Source: a virus (lineage: Duplodnaviria; Caudoviricetes). Taken from it: a stretch of DNA of 56,230 nucleotides. Made by a program: the position numbers and the translations under genes. Shown piece by piece: positions 34,047 through 44,119 of this stretch. The stretch covers positions 1 through 56,230 of the IMG/VR virus record IMGVR_UViG_3300043464_001636. The stretch is one strand, 5' to 3'. Numbering within the stretch: position 1 is the stretch's first letter; every line of letters begins with the position of its first letter. The notes beneath the pieces were generated by a model. It was given only the letters and a program-made list of their open reading frames with translations. It was not told the origin of the DNA and did no database searches.

Positions 34047-35179
34047 CGGAATCGCAGCCCAAGAATTGTCATGTTGAAAGTCTTATACATCTGAAACCTG
34101 CGGACGAGCACCGGGTCTTTCATTTGAACGCCGTTAACCACCCGCGTTGCCTCTGGGTCGCGAGGCGTGCCGTCCTCGTTGAGCGGAACCGGCGACGCCG
34201 ACGGGCGCTGCGATGCGCGGGTTCCGCTTGAAGTGGGAGTTGTTATGAGCACATTTGCCCGCATCTTTTTTCCGTTCGTGTTTGGCGCGATAGTTGGATT
34301 CGGCCAATCCTTGATCGCCCCTGTGTCGTCGTTTTCGAGGGTTAGGTGGCACGCTCCCTTGTCGACGTCGTTGCCAAATTTATTGATTATGTTGTACCCG
34401 CTGAGAGGGATTGCGATGTCCCAGCCAATAAACTCTTGCAAGTAGTTATTGTAGTTGGCCTTGTACGAAAACTCGAAAGTGCCAATCCAGCCGCGCCACT
34501 TTCGCCGCCCAAAACTTTCCACATGCGGCTTGAACGAAACGCTGCGAAACAACACGCTGCGCGGGAACAGGTTTAGCGACCCAAGCTTGCCCTGGTTCTC
34601 GTTGACCATTCCGACGTATTGAGAAAACACGGTCTGGTCGCCGGCGCAATACTGCTCCACGCTAATGTTTACGATTGGCTGCAGGATCGTCAGGCCGTCG
34701 ACAATATCGCCGGCTGGATTGAAGGCCGGAAACGGTGTGCCGGCGTTGGCGCCAAACTGCGGAATCCACCACCATGACGGCACCTCGATTGTTGTGGTGG
34801 AAGTCGACCAATTTGCTGGTCGCAGGTCTGGTGGCTGTTCTCTCGGGTCTGGGTCGTTGTTGTTGTCACCGCCCTGGTCAAGTGACACTGAATCGCCAGA
34901 TGGCTTGTATTGAACCGTGATCGTGTACGAAAGACGACTGTCGCCGTCAGGGGAGATCGAAACGCTGTCGCACGTTGCAAAATTGTCGAGCGGGTGCGGG
35001 GTGCCAATGCCGAGAAATCCGCCGTCGAGATTTGCAATGGCACCGATGACGTCGAACGACTGTATTTCGGCCGGGGTATCCAGCAATACTTTGAAAGTCC
35101 GTGTGTACGAAACCCCAGACTGCCCGCTGGCAAGCGTGGCCCCCTGCCCCTGAACCATTTCCTTGAACATTTTTGCCAT
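34043..35179 (-). CDS. Putative tail hub/distal tail protein
   Basis: Immediately follows the tape measure; beta-rich. Confidence 0.7.
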   Translation of the reverse strand: MAKMFKEMVQGQGATLASGQSGVSYTRTFKVLLDTPAEIQSFDVIGAIANLDGGFLGIGTPHPLDNFATCDSVSISPDGDSRLSYTITVQYKPSGDSVSLDQGGDNNNDPDPREQPPDLRPANWSTSTTTIEVPSWWWIPQFGANAGTPFPAFNPAGDIVDGLTILQPIVNISVEQYCAGDQTVFSQYVGMVNENQGKLGSLNLFPRSVLFRSVSFKPHVESFGRRKWRGWIGTFEFSYKANYNNYLQEFIGWDIAIPLSGYNIINKFGNDVDKGACHLTLENDDTGAIKDWPNPTIAPNTNGKKMRANVLITTPTSSGTRASQRPSASPVPLNEDGTPRDPEATRVVNGVQMKDPVLVRRFQMYKTFNMTILGLRFR

Positions 35180-35181
35180 GA

Positions 35182-38100
35182 CTACAAATCCACCACAACG
35201 CCTGTCTGGGCCTTGATTGCGTTCTCGATCGCCTGAAGAAGCTCCGACTGCTTTCTTAGTTCAAGAATGTTGACGTCTTTCGAGGCGTCGTCTCCGCGCA
35301 AGAGTCGATTCAACTCCCTCGCGCCTTCGGTCGTCTGAACGTCCTGGGCGTTGAGGGCCGCCCGCGAAGGGCCAGCGAGGCGAGCGTTCATAACCTCGTC
35401 GGCGAAGCCGGCCAGCATCGGCGCTGCCTGACGGCCAAGATTGTTGGCAGCAGTCTGCGTGGCGTCCTGAATCTGTTGTCTTCCGGCGCCTTCGTCGCGC
35501 ATGTCTTTGACGGCGTTGGCAATGTCTCCAGCGCTGGCCTTCACGGCTTCTTCAGCACGCTGCCGCTCCGTCTTCATGAGTTCGCGGCCACGGGCTGCCG
35601 AGTCTTTGCGAGCACGCTCCCGGTCGGCTTCGTCGGCCCTGCGACGCTCGGCCTGAACCTCTGGGCGGTTCTCGAACTCTCGCTCCTGCTCGCGCCGCAG
35701 CCTGTCTGCCTCGGCCCTGGCTGCTTCGCGATCGGCTGCTGTCTTCCGCTCGTCGGCCGCGTCGGCCTCGAGCTGGCGGATCTTTTCTGCCCGCGCAGCA
35801 GCAGCGGGGTTTGCCCCATTGGCGATCTCATTCTCGAACTTCACGCGCTCCTCGGCGATCCGCTTTCTTGCCCTCGCAGCCTCGTCGTCGGCGGCTCTTG
35901 CTGCGTCCTCGCGGCGCTTCTGCTCTGCGCGAGCCTCGCGTGCTTGAGGCGACTTTTCGCCAAAGATTGCCTCGGCTTCGTTGGCCCGCCGGCGGGCAGC
36001 CTCCGCGGCCCCCTGCGATTCGGAAGCGACCTTGTTCTGTAGATCGAGGGCTGCCTTGTTGGCGGCTGCCTGGAACGCACCGACGGCAATTGCGGCAGCG
36101 TTGAGTTGCTCGGCGTGGGCATCCATTGCGTTGATGTCGTTCTGAATGGTAGCCGCAAGCTCGCCAAAGTTTTGCTGCAGCGCCTCGTCACGTTTTTTCT
36201 CGAGCGACTGCCTTTGCACTTCGAGCGCAGTAAGCTCGCCCTCAATGTTAGAAGCAAACCCCTGAACTTCGTCGCGGGCGCGCTTGGACTGGGCGTCGAA
36301 GCCGCCGGCTCTGTTTTGCGCTCTGTCCGTGGTTTGCTTTACGAAGTCTTGTCGCTGTGCCTCGATTTCTTTAGCAAGTTCTTTAATCCGATCCCTGAGT
36401 TCATCTGGAATGTCGGCTCCGGCTTGCGCGGCGTCGTCGACCTTCCTCTTGGCCTCTTCCATCGCAAGCGACAATTCTGCCGCTGCTTTTATGGCGTCGC
36501 CGCCAAGGGCAGCCGCCATCTGCTTGTTGCCGCCCTGTATTCCGCTGGCAACTCCTACCCCCGCAACCGTGCGCTCATTCCGCCGCCGAGATTCCTCAAT
36601 TTCTGCCTGCCGCGTGCGGTCGCGTGCGTTGGCGGCCTCCTCAAACGGTTTCAGGCGATCCCTGAGAAGCCTTTGGAGTTGAGCCTCGGCCTCGTCGGCC
36701 CGCTGCTTGCCGGCAAGCTGCTCGCCAACGCCAAGCGTTTTGTCCTCCTGGGCGCGGCGTCCTTCCTGAACTGCGCGTGCCAGATCGCCGACACGGCCGT
36801 CCCCAGACTTCTCGCGCTCGAACTTGAGCCGCTCGTTCTCAAGTTCACGCTGCAGTTGTCGGTCGCTGTCTTCCTGCTCGCGCCTGCGTCGCTCGGCCTC
36901 CGCAGCGTCTCGACGCGCTCCTGGCCCAAGCTCTGCGTCGCCGGCCACGCGATTCGCACGCCTGCGGGCTCGCTCGACGTCCGACTGCGCCTCGTTGACC
37001 AGGGTTCTGGACAGGTTCAGGGCCGCTTCTTCGGCGGCACGCTGGAACGCCGCCACAGCGATGGCGGCCTTGCCGACCTCGTCGGCCAGCAGGCGGATCT
37101 TCTCAAGTTCTTTGTCGATGGCAGCAACGTCGGCTGCGCCTGCTGGGCCGCGCAACTCAGCGCGTCGCCGGCGGTTCCCTAGTTCTTGGCGATCGGCCTC
37201 GAATCTCGCGGCGTTCGAGCCTGCGATCGTTTGGCCGCCGGCGAGCTGGGCGGCAGACGATAGCTTGTCGGCCGTCGGGATGAGTTTTCCGAGCGCGGCG
37301 TCGCGAGCGATCTTGTCGGCCTGCTGATAAAGAGCCTCAAGAGATTTTCCTGCAGCCCCTGCCTCTGCCTTAAGCGCCGAAATGTCTGCGTTAGGATCGA
37401 GCCGCAGCGCTTCTTCGATCTTCTTTACGGCATCAGCGAGGCCGGCTGCCGGAGCCTTGAACTGCTCCTCGAACCGCCCCTGAACGTCGCCGTCGAGGCG
37501 AAGGGCGGCCAGATCCTTGAATACGCCCTTAATTTCTTCTTGAGCGATCAGTGCTTGCTCGGCAAAGCCAGCGGCGATGTCGTCGGCGCCGCTTTTGATG
37601 ACTTCCTTGAGTCGCTCAAGTTCGGCGTTCAGATCAGCAATCGTTTTTTCGTTCTGCTGAAATGCGTTGACGGCGTCGAATCGCCCAGGCATCGCAACTC
37701 GGAAGCCTCCTAGTGCGTCTGTGAGCTGCGCTGAAAGTTTGTCGATTGGGTCAGCGGTCTGCTGGGTCTTGATTAACTCATCGAGCCTCGACTCAATGGC
37801 CTTGACAGCTTCCTGCTGAGTCGTCGGCGCTGAAATGCGCTCGGCGCGAAGGCCGGCGAGCCTCTCGCTTCGCCGCTGCTCACCAAACGGCACGATGGCG
37901 GCGGTCTCTCTCCTGTTGAGCGTAAGTATTTCCGCCTGCCTTGCCTTCTCAAGAAGATCGCGAACTCCGGTCAGCGGCCCTCTCGGCGTTCTGCCATCAA
38001 GCGGAGTTGTCGATCTTGCAATCGCGTCGCGCTCACGCTTTCGGAGTTGCTCAAGCTCTCGGGCGATTCGCACTCGATCGCTGCCGGTGGCTTGAGAAAG

Positions 38101-40425
38101 ACGCTCTTCGGCGGCAGCGCGGGCGCCGGCCGCGCTTGAAACCTCTGGCGACGCGCTGCGAACCTGAGCTTCTCGAGACTTCTTTTGCTCCTCGCGAAGA
38201 TCCCGCACTCTCTGCTCAATATCGCCACGCGGCCCAGACGACGTTGATGTTCTTAGTGCCTTCGCAAGATCTTCAAATGCCTTCGTTGTCTGCTCGGCAA
38301 GGTTCCTCGACTTCTCAAGTTCGTCGTTCATGAACTTGAGCGCGCCTTCGGCCTCTTTTGAAGCCTTACCGATTCCTCCAAATTGAATCAACAACTGAAC
38401 CGCAGACGTTGCCGCAACGGCAGCCATCAACCCTTTCGTGCCACCAAGCACGAAGCCAAACTGCGAGATGTTGTTGCTGATCGCCCGCAGCTTGTATTCA
38501 AAGCCGCCAGTGGACGAGAAGAAGTCGTCTACCGCGAACGTCAACTGCTGCAAAGCAAGCTGGCCTGCCTGCGCAGAGCCGCGAAGACCTGAGATGTCGC
38601 CTCGCAGCCTGCGGTTGGCAGACAGAAGCCGGTTGAGTTGCTTTTCGGTGAACCTCGTCGGGTCCAGGCCGGCGAGTTCCGTCGCCAAGGCCTTGCTCTC
38701 AGCGCGAATCTGTGCCAGCAGCCGCTCGGCGTTGGCGTTGCCTTCTGGCGTTCGCGGCTGGGCGGCAATCTGCTGATAGAGCGACTTGACCTTCGCCCGC
38801 GAAGCCTCCAGGGAGGCGCCGAACTTCGTTCCAAGTTCTTCGTTCAGGTTGCCGCCAAGGTTCAGGAGCAACTGAAAATCGTTGATGTAGTCCTTGACAG
38901 CACGAGGCTGCAAGTTGATGGCCGTCGACGAGTCGAACTCGTTCAGTAGCTGCTGCTGCTTGTTTGCAGCATTGATGTCTTTTTCGAGGCCGGAAATCTG
39001 ATTCCGCAGAGCAACGATTTGAGAGATCGCCGGCGTTGCGTCTGTGCTGACGAGCTTCTGCAGGCTTTTCGTTGCGGCGTCGAGTTGAGCCTGCAGCTTT
39101 TTCCCAGCCTCGCCTTCAATGCCTGAGACCTTGCCCTGCAGATTCTGAATACGGCCGCCGATCTCGTTGCTGAGAAAGTCGCGCCTTCTGGCGGCAGTCA
39201 CGCCCTCCGGAGGCACGCCAGCCGCCGTGGCCTCATCGAGGGTCTCTTTGACTCGCACGCGCCTCGAAGTGAGGGCGTCGGCTCGCTTTCTTGAGTCTTG
39301 ATCCAGGCTTCTGATCGAGTCCGTGGCGCCTGCAAGCCGTATGCCGGCCGCGGCTTGGCTGTTGAGCTTTGCGAGCGCGGCAGCCGCAGCGTCACTGCCC
39401 TGCGCCAGCGTCGAGGCAGCCTCGGCCGTGGTTCTAATCTGCTCTGCGTAGCTGTCGAGGCCGGCGGAGCGTAGAGCCTGAATGGCCTGGGCGGCCTTCT
39501 CAGCAGTCCTCTCTGTCTCGGTGGCGGCCGCCGGCGCACGCAAGCCGGCCACAGCGGATAAGGTCGTGGCGTTGGCGAGCCGTTGATTGCGCAGCCGCTG
39601 CGCGTCGGTCTCGCGGTCAAGCTGCGTCTGGGCGCGGCGCTGTTCTTCGGTTGCCGTGGCGGCGTTGCGGAGCGCGATGGGGCTTGTCGGATTGCGCGAA
39701 AGCACCGACTCGGCGAGCGCGGCCTTGAGTTTCGCCTTCTCAATCTTGCTGACAAGCGCCTCGATGCGCTCGCCTGCGGCGCTTGCGTCCCGAATGATGC
39801 CCTGAAAGAACGGGTTCTCGCGCTGATCGGCGGGAAGCTGGGCCGCCTTGTCTCGCAGGGCGATGAACTTCTGCAGTTCTTCGAGGGCGCGAGGTTGAAC
39901 AAACTTCGCTCCGACGCTGTCCGTGGACAGGCTGCCGGTGAGTTTCGCAAAGTCGGCGACGACGGCCGTGCTGGCCTTGAGTCGCTCGATCTGTCGAGTC
40001 AGCGAATTGATTCTGCCCTGCGCGGCGTCGAACGTCGTCGTGCCGGCCTTGATCTCGTTGAAGAGGTTCTGAAACCCCTTCTGGGCGCGCTCGAGGGCCG
40101 GATACAAGTACGCCTGTGTCGAATTCGACAGCGACTCGATCTGATTCTTGACCTTTGTCAGCGGCTTGCCGACGTCCTCAAAGACCTTGTAGAGATCCTG
40201 AAGAGCGCCGACGTCAATCTTCTTGCCGAGCGCCTCCTGAAGAGTCCTCCTGAAGAGTTGGACTTTCGTCAGGGTCTTGTCGAGGGCCGCCGTCTCCAGG
40301 TTGAGTCGGTAGCCCTGAACTTTTTTTTGGAGCGAGTTAAGCTCCGACTTCACGTTCCCGATGGTGCGGGTGAAGTCTGTGGCGTTCGCCGTGATGACTG
40401 CAGAGATTTTGCCTAGAAGAGCCAT
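35182..40425 (-). CDS. Tail tape measure protein
   Basis: 1747 aa, Ala-rich and helical; follows the G/GT chaperones. Confidence 0.9.
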   Translation of the reverse strand: MALLGKISAVITANATDFTRTIGNVKSELNSLQKKVQGYRLNLETAALDKTLTKVQLFRRTLQEALGKKIDVGALQDLYKVFEDVGKPLTKVKNQIESLSNSTQAYLYPALERAQKGFQNLFNEIKAGTTTFDAAQGRINSLTRQIERLKASTAVVADFAKLTGSLSTDSVGAKFVQPRALEELQKFIALRDKAAQLPADQRENPFFQGIIRDASAAGERIEALVSKIEKAKLKAALAESVLSRNPTSPIALRNAATATEEQRRAQTQLDRETDAQRLRNQRLANATTLSAVAGLRAPAAATETERTAEKAAQAIQALRSAGLDSYAEQIRTTAEAASTLAQGSDAAAAALAKLNSQAAAGIRLAGATDSIRSLDQDSRKRADALTSRRVRVKETLDEATAAGVPPEGVTAARRRDFLSNEIGGRIQNLQGKVSGIEGEAGKKLQAQLDAATKSLQKLVSTDATPAISQIVALRNQISGLEKDINAANKQQQLLNEFDSSTAINLQPRAVKDYINDFQLLLNLGGNLNEELGTKFGASLEASRAKVKSLYQQIAAQPRTPEGNANAERLLAQIRAESKALATELAGLDPTRFTEKQLNRLLSANRRLRGDISGLRGSAQAGQLALQQLTFAVDDFFSSTGGFEYKLRAISNNISQFGFVLGGTKGLMAAVAATSAVQLLIQFGGIGKASKEAEGALKFMNDELEKSRNLAEQTTKAFEDLAKALRTSTSSGPRGDIEQRVRDLREEQKKSREAQVRSASPEVSSAAGARAAAEERLSQATGSDRVRIARELEQLRKRERDAIARSTTPLDGRTPRGPLTGVRDLLEKARQAEILTLNRRETAAIVPFGEQRRSERLAGLRAERISAPTTQQEAVKAIESRLDELIKTQQTADPIDKLSAQLTDALGGFRVAMPGRFDAVNAFQQNEKTIADLNAELERLKEVIKSGADDIAAGFAEQALIAQEEIKGVFKDLAALRLDGDVQGRFEEQFKAPAAGLADAVKKIEEALRLDPNADISALKAEAGAAGKSLEALYQQADKIARDAALGKLIPTADKLSSAAQLAGGQTIAGSNAARFEADRQELGNRRRRAELRGPAGAADVAAIDKELEKIRLLADEVGKAAIAVAAFQRAAEEAALNLSRTLVNEAQSDVERARRRANRVAGDAELGPGARRDAAEAERRRREQEDSDRQLQRELENERLKFEREKSGDGRVGDLARAVQEGRRAQEDKTLGVGEQLAGKQRADEAEAQLQRLLRDRLKPFEEAANARDRTRQAEIEESRRRNERTVAGVGVASGIQGGNKQMAAALGGDAIKAAAELSLAMEEAKRKVDDAAQAGADIPDELRDRIKELAKEIEAQRQDFVKQTTDRAQNRAGGFDAQSKRARDEVQGFASNIEGELTALEVQRQSLEKKRDEALQQNFGELAATIQNDINAMDAHAEQLNAAAIAVGAFQAAANKAALDLQNKVASESQGAAEAARRRANEAEAIFGEKSPQAREARAEQKRREDAARAADDEAARARKRIAEERVKFENEIANGANPAAAARAEKIRQLEADAADERKTAADREAARAEADRLRREQEREFENRPEVQAERRRADEADRERARKDSAARGRELMKTERQRAEEAVKASAGDIANAVKDMRDEGAGRQQIQDATQTAANNLGRQAAPMLAGFADEVMNARLAGPSRAALNAQDVQTTEGARELNRLLRGDDASKDVNILELRKQSELLQAIENAIKAQTGVVVDL

Positions 40426-40427
40426 TG

Positions 40428-40441
40428 CCTCATCCTTGAGG
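40428..40441 (-). promoter_or_regulatory. Stem-loop CCTC-AAGGAT-GAGG at the tape-measure start, candidate CsrA site
   Basis: ANGGAN hexaloop 2 nt before the ATG. Confidence 0.6.
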
Positions 40442-40737
40442 TGCCTGCAGTTTCATCAATTCCGTAATGATTTCTTCCTGGCTTTGCCTTGGCGCCACCG
40501 CCGCCGGGATGAACACGTTTTCGTCCGGAACTTTCTTATAGTTGCCGCTCGCCGCCATGACGATCCGGCAAAGTCTCGCCGTTTGCGCCCAGTGGTTTGG
40601 CAGTGGCCATCTCTGGTCGAAGGCATACCACTCCGAAAGCTCTTCGCTGTCCAGTTCAGACAGCAGTTGCTTGACGGTTTTGCCCAACGCCAGCGCTAGG
40701 CGGAAGTAGAACCTCCGCTCTGGTCGGTCGGTAAATC
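40430..40737 (-). CDS. Tail assembly chaperone GT extension (-1 frame)
   Basis: After GGGAAAA the -1 frame reads RFTDRPERRFYFRLALALGKTVKQLL...EWYAF. Confidence 0.8.
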
Positions 40738-41067
40738 TTTTCCCAGGGCATCAACGTCCTCCGAGCGGAAGGCATTGTGAGCCCACGCCTTTTCAAACAG
40801 CCGCGAGATCACAGTTGCAGACTTCTTGCCAAGATCGTCGGCCTCTGCGTCAGAGAACAGGCGATCCCCCTTGTTGTCGCACAGCGTCAGGATCAGAAAA
40901 CGAACCCGGAAGTTCTTCATCTTGTCCGTGCTATACGCGTCCTCGAACGCATCGCGCTCAGTGCCGGAAAGTGTCTTGATATAGACGTCGCCGCCCCACT
41001 CAGGGACAGGAATCGCCTCCGTCTTGACGTCATCAGCCGCGAGAATCTTTGCCTTACTCAGAGCCAT
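40696..41067 (-). CDS. Tail assembly chaperone G
   Basis: VPEWGGDVYI..LSG.ERD.FE; position. Confidence 0.85.
   Translation of the reverse strand: MALSKAKILAADDVKTEAIPVPEWGGDVYIKTLSGTERDAFEDAYSTDKMKNFRVRFLILTLCDNKGDRLFSDAEADDLGKKSATVISRLFEKAWAHNAFRSEDVDALGKDLPTDQSGGSTSA
40738..40744 (-). other. Programmed -1 frameshift slippery site G GGA AAA
   Basis: XXXYYYZ in the correct phase near the end of chaperone G; lambda G/GT paradigm. Confidence 0.85.
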
Positions 41068-41089
41068 CGGTTATGTTCCTGTGGAGCCT

Positions 41090-41449
41090 TTACGGTAAAT
41101 AATCAGTCAAGCGAAACTTCATCGTACCTCGCACCAGATCTCCAGTGCGCGCCTCAATAGAGGCGTTTTCGAGAATGCAGCGGCGAGTCAGGTTGACCCC
41201 CGTGCTGTTGGCAAAAGAAAGCGGCCCAATCGTTCCGATTGTTGCCGGCGTTGCCTGCCCGATGAACTCGACAGTCACAGTCCCGCCGGAGAATGCGCCG
41301 GTCGGGACTAGGATCTGATGACCCGTATTGTCAAACATTCCGGTCATGTCGACGACCTCTGCAGTCGGCTCCTCGACTTGAACGGAGACGACGGTTGCGC
41401 GCACGTTGTTAAACGTGAAGGTCGCCCCTTGCGCCGTGAACCCTGCCAT
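41090..41449 (-). CDS. Short tail-tube-like protein 2
   Basis: Paralog of 41456-41791; position before the chaperone. Confidence 0.65.
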   Translation of the reverse strand: MAGFTAQGATFTFNNVRATVVSVQVEEPTAEVVDMTGMFDNTGHQILVPTGAFSGGTVTVEFIGQATPATIGTIGPLSFANSTGVNLTRRCILENASIEARTGDLVRGTMKFRLTDYLP

Positions 41450-41455
41450 GTCGCT

Positions 41456-41791
41456 TTACGCGACGCGGAAGGTCGCGCTCCCGCTGATGAGGGCACCCAC
41501 AGAACCGCCGATCGAGGCCGATGAGCAGGTCGCGGTGCCGCCGAATGAAATCGGCCCGGAGATTGAGAGGTTGCCGCTAATGCCGGCCGCGAGAATGTTC
41601 GTCGAGATGTAGTCGATGGTGACTTCGCGGTCAGTCGCGAAGCCGCCCACGAACTCACGGCGGGAGTTCGGAGCGATGCCGAGGTGCGAGCCGTCGATGA
41701 GATCCTGGGTGTCATTGACCTGCACCGACGTAACCGTGAGAGTGGTGCCGCCGAAAACAAAGGTGAGTCCCTGGGACGAAACGCCTGCCAT
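41456..41791 (-). CDS. Short tail-tube-like protein 1
   Basis: Follows the tail terminator; strong RBS; beta-rich. Confidence 0.68.
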   Translation of the reverse strand: MAGVSSQGLTFVFGGTTLTVTSVQVNDTQDLIDGSHLGIAPNSRREFVGGFATDREVTIDYISTNILAAGISGNLSISGPISFGGTATCSSASIGGSVGALISGSATFRVA

Positions 41792-41797
41792 GTTGCT

Positions 41798-41811
41798 GCG
41801 CCTCCTTGCGC
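41798..41811 (-). promoter_or_regulatory. RBS stem-loop GCGC-AAGGAG-GCGC, candidate CsrA site
   Basis: Identical to 8327-8340. Confidence 0.6.
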
Positions 41812-42240
41812 CTACCCGGTAGCCTCAGACCACCGAATTGAGTAAAGCTGTCGAACTTCGTATGCCGGTGGAAGTTGTGCGCCCACTTCTGTTGGGTCGA
41901 TGTAGTCATCGACCTCAGAAACGAGCCTCATATCACTGATTGTAACTCCAGCAAGCGTGCCTGTGTGGCCATCCAAGGCCAGGCGAACCTCGTCGGCAAG
42001 GTCGCGGACGGCGTCGTATGACATCGACCAGCACGAGATCTGCAGGCTGACGACGGGCTGAAAAAGCGGCCCAGACAGGGCCGACTCACGCTGGATATTT
42101 ACCCTTCTGTAGGCAATTAGCGGCATGGCCGCGCCGGACTTCGGCACAGCGATTGGATAGATCTGGAAGCCCACCATCCTCGCCACCCCAGGCGTCGAGG
42201 CCAGCTTGGAGTAAACGTGTTTTTCTGGCGAGATGAGCAT
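41812..42240 (-). CDS. Tail terminator/completion protein (DUF3168-like)
   Basis: IYP...P.I.Y...LQISCWS.SY.....LADEVR.ALDG. Confidence 0.8.
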   Translation of the reverse strand: MLISPEKHVYSKLASTPGVARMVGFQIYPIAVPKSGAAMPLIAYRRVNIQRESALSGPLFQPVVSLQISCWSMSYDAVRDLADEVRLALDGHTGTLAGVTISDMRLVSEVDDYIDPTEVGAQLPPAYEVRQLYSIRWSEATG

Positions 42241-42956
42241 TACTTGATGGCCCCGTTGATGGCCTCGATGATTCCAGACCGCAGAATGCCCTGAACCTTC
42301 GACCGCTGGCTCTTGATGGTGTTTTCCATCAAGTGATACCCAGGCATGGCGCCGTAGGTCTCGCCGGGGTGGAGAGTGAACACGCGCGGCCCCTTGCCGA
42401 GGTCTGGCAGGAAGTCGTGGGTATACCCCTTGCCGCGGCGAGGCTGCCTCGTCGGCTCAAACCAAGACGACATCAGAAAGTAGTAGCCGCGGCTGCGTTT
42501 GGCGAACTTCTCGCTGTCTTCAAGCCGTGCGTGAACCGTCATTTTGCGGTTCACCATCTTGTGTACGTTGACGTAGGTCTTCTTGTTGCGCGTGCTCGGG
42601 CGCCTTCGGCCGTCGCTGCCGAACTCAAGAAGCCAGCTATGATTTCCGCTGGCTTTCGATCCAGTCGCGCCCACAGAGCCGGTATGCCGCGGGCCGGCGA
42701 TAGCAACGGCGATGCCGCTTGGATACGTCTTGGTCTTGATCGTCGTGCTTTTGGCCAGATTGCCAGTGGCGTCGTGCTTGAGCACCCGCGTTTTGTATTC
42801 GTCACGAATCGGAATAGCCGCTTCGTGCAGGGCTTTCTCGAGGACGCCCTTTTTGCCAAATGATCCGATGAGCAGGTCGAGGATGTCCAGCATGGGGCCG
42901 ACGCCAGTCAGGCTGACCCGAATGAACGCTTCCGCGGAAGAAAGATTCGACATCAC
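42240..42956 (-). CDS. HK97 gp10-like neck protein
   Basis: TGNLAKS, WLLEFGS; position. Confidence 0.72.
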   Translation of the reverse strand: MMSNLSSAEAFIRVSLTGVGPMLDILDLLIGSFGKKGVLEKALHEAAIPIRDEYKTRVLKHDATGNLAKSTTIKTKTYPSGIAVAIAGPRHTGSVGATGSKASGNHSWLLEFGSDGRRRPSTRNKKTYVNVHKMVNRKMTVHARLEDSEKFAKRSRGYYFLMSSWFEPTRQPRRGKGYTHDFLPDLGKGPRVFTLHPGETYGAMPGYHLMENTIKSQRSKVQGILRSGIIEAINGAIK

Positions 42957-43270
42957 TGCACCTCTCGGGCCAGAATTTCGTGCATCGTGCGGTTCTCGCG
43001 CTCAACGACGCTCGCTATTTCCATTGTGCGCCCCCGCCAGACGATGCGGTGGGTATGCAAGAGCCCAGGCAGAAAACGGATGCGGATCTTGTGGGAGGCG
43101 ATGGAGTTGGCCTGCTGGGCCTGCAGCATCTCGCGGCTCGACAGCCCATCAACGCTGGCCCAGGCTGTTGCGAACGTGGCCCACGACAGCGTGGCCTCGC
43201 CGAGCGGGCTTCGCGACTCCGTCGGCGCCTCGATCGCTATTCGCTCGCGCATCGAGCCAGACTTAATCAC
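42953..43270 (-). CDS. Head closure (head-tail joining) protein
   Basis: MRERI.IE.P, W.TFAT.WASV, IRIRF, RIVW.GR..EI.SV. Confidence 0.85.
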   Translation of the reverse strand: MIKSGSMRERIAIEAPTESRSPLGEATLSWATFATAWASVDGLSSREMLQAQQANSIASHKIRIRFLPGLLHTHRIVWRGRTMEIASVVERENRTMHEILAREVQ

Positions 43271-43746
43271 GAGATGGTTCCCTCGCCGATGAGGACGACT
43301 TGAGCGCTGGCGACGGGACTGTCGTCGCCAGCATTTAGGCCAAACGCATAATCCGCGTTTGCGGGCCATCCATTCGCGTCCGGGCACACAAACAGCGCCG
43401 CCGCGCCTGGCCTAAAGAAGGCCGAGCCGTTTTCAGATATGGGGCCGTCGGGCCACCCGCTCACATAAAAGTCAATGCTCCCCGTGTTCTTGATATAGAT
43501 GGCCTTGAGTGCAGAAAAATCAACAGTCCCGCGGTTGTCGCTGAAGACGAGTCCGTTGGAGCCGAGGACATATTCGCCATCAAACGTCCCCTCAAAGCTC
43601 CACACGACCTGCGCCTGATTCGCCCCGGTGCCGTCGGAGAGCGTGGCCGCATATGACACCGGCGTCGCCCGCAGGGTCTTCGACAAGTCGCCAGCGCTCG
43701 TCTCGTGAGCCAGGATGGATAGAAGAATCTGTGCGTTCAGTGGCAT
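43267..43746 (-). CDS. Beta-rich virion protein (paralog set member 3)
   Basis: LKAIYIKNTG...FRPGAAALF. Confidence 0.7.
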   Translation of the reverse strand: MPLNAQILLSILAHETSAGDLSKTLRATPVSYAATLSDGTGANQAQVVWSFEGTFDGEYVLGSNGLVFSDNRGTVDFSALKAIYIKNTGSIDFYVSGWPDGPISENGSAFFRPGAAALFVCPDANGWPANADYAFGLNAGDDSPVASAQVVLIGEGTIS

Positions 43747-43749
43747 TAT

Positions 43750-44118
43750 TTAGCCCTCTGTGATGTCTACGCGGAGGCGGCTGCCGGCGGTGCCAGTGGC
43801 AAAGTAGTTCTGGCCGGCAGAGAGCCGGTAGATCGCCGGCTCGCCGGCCCGCAGCGTGTTGAAGCCCAGGAACGAGCCGCCGGCGTCGATGCCGACCGTC
43901 ACGGTCGCGGCCGTCGCCGTGGACAGGTTCCGCATGAACGCGAGGCCGACGCTCGACAGATTCGCCGTCGTGATCTGCACGGCGTTCGTCGAGAGCGTGA
44001 GCGTGAAGCTCTGCATACCAACTTGATTCATGTTGGCGGTAGCGTTGCCAACGCTGACAGAGTTGCTGAGAAATTCCTTATCTACCTTGAGGCTGACCGC
44101 GTAGGAAATGTCAGGCAT
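43750..44118 (-). CDS. Beta-rich virion protein (paralog set member 2)
   Basis: VGLAFMRNLS...LRAGEPAIY. Confidence 0.7.
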   Translation of the reverse strand: MPDISYAVSLKVDKEFLSNSVSVGNATANMNQVGMQSFTLTLSTNAVQITTANLSSVGLAFMRNLSTATAATVTVGIDAGGSFLGFNTLRAGEPAIYRLSAGQNYFATGTAGSRLRVDITEG

Positions 44119-44119
44119 T

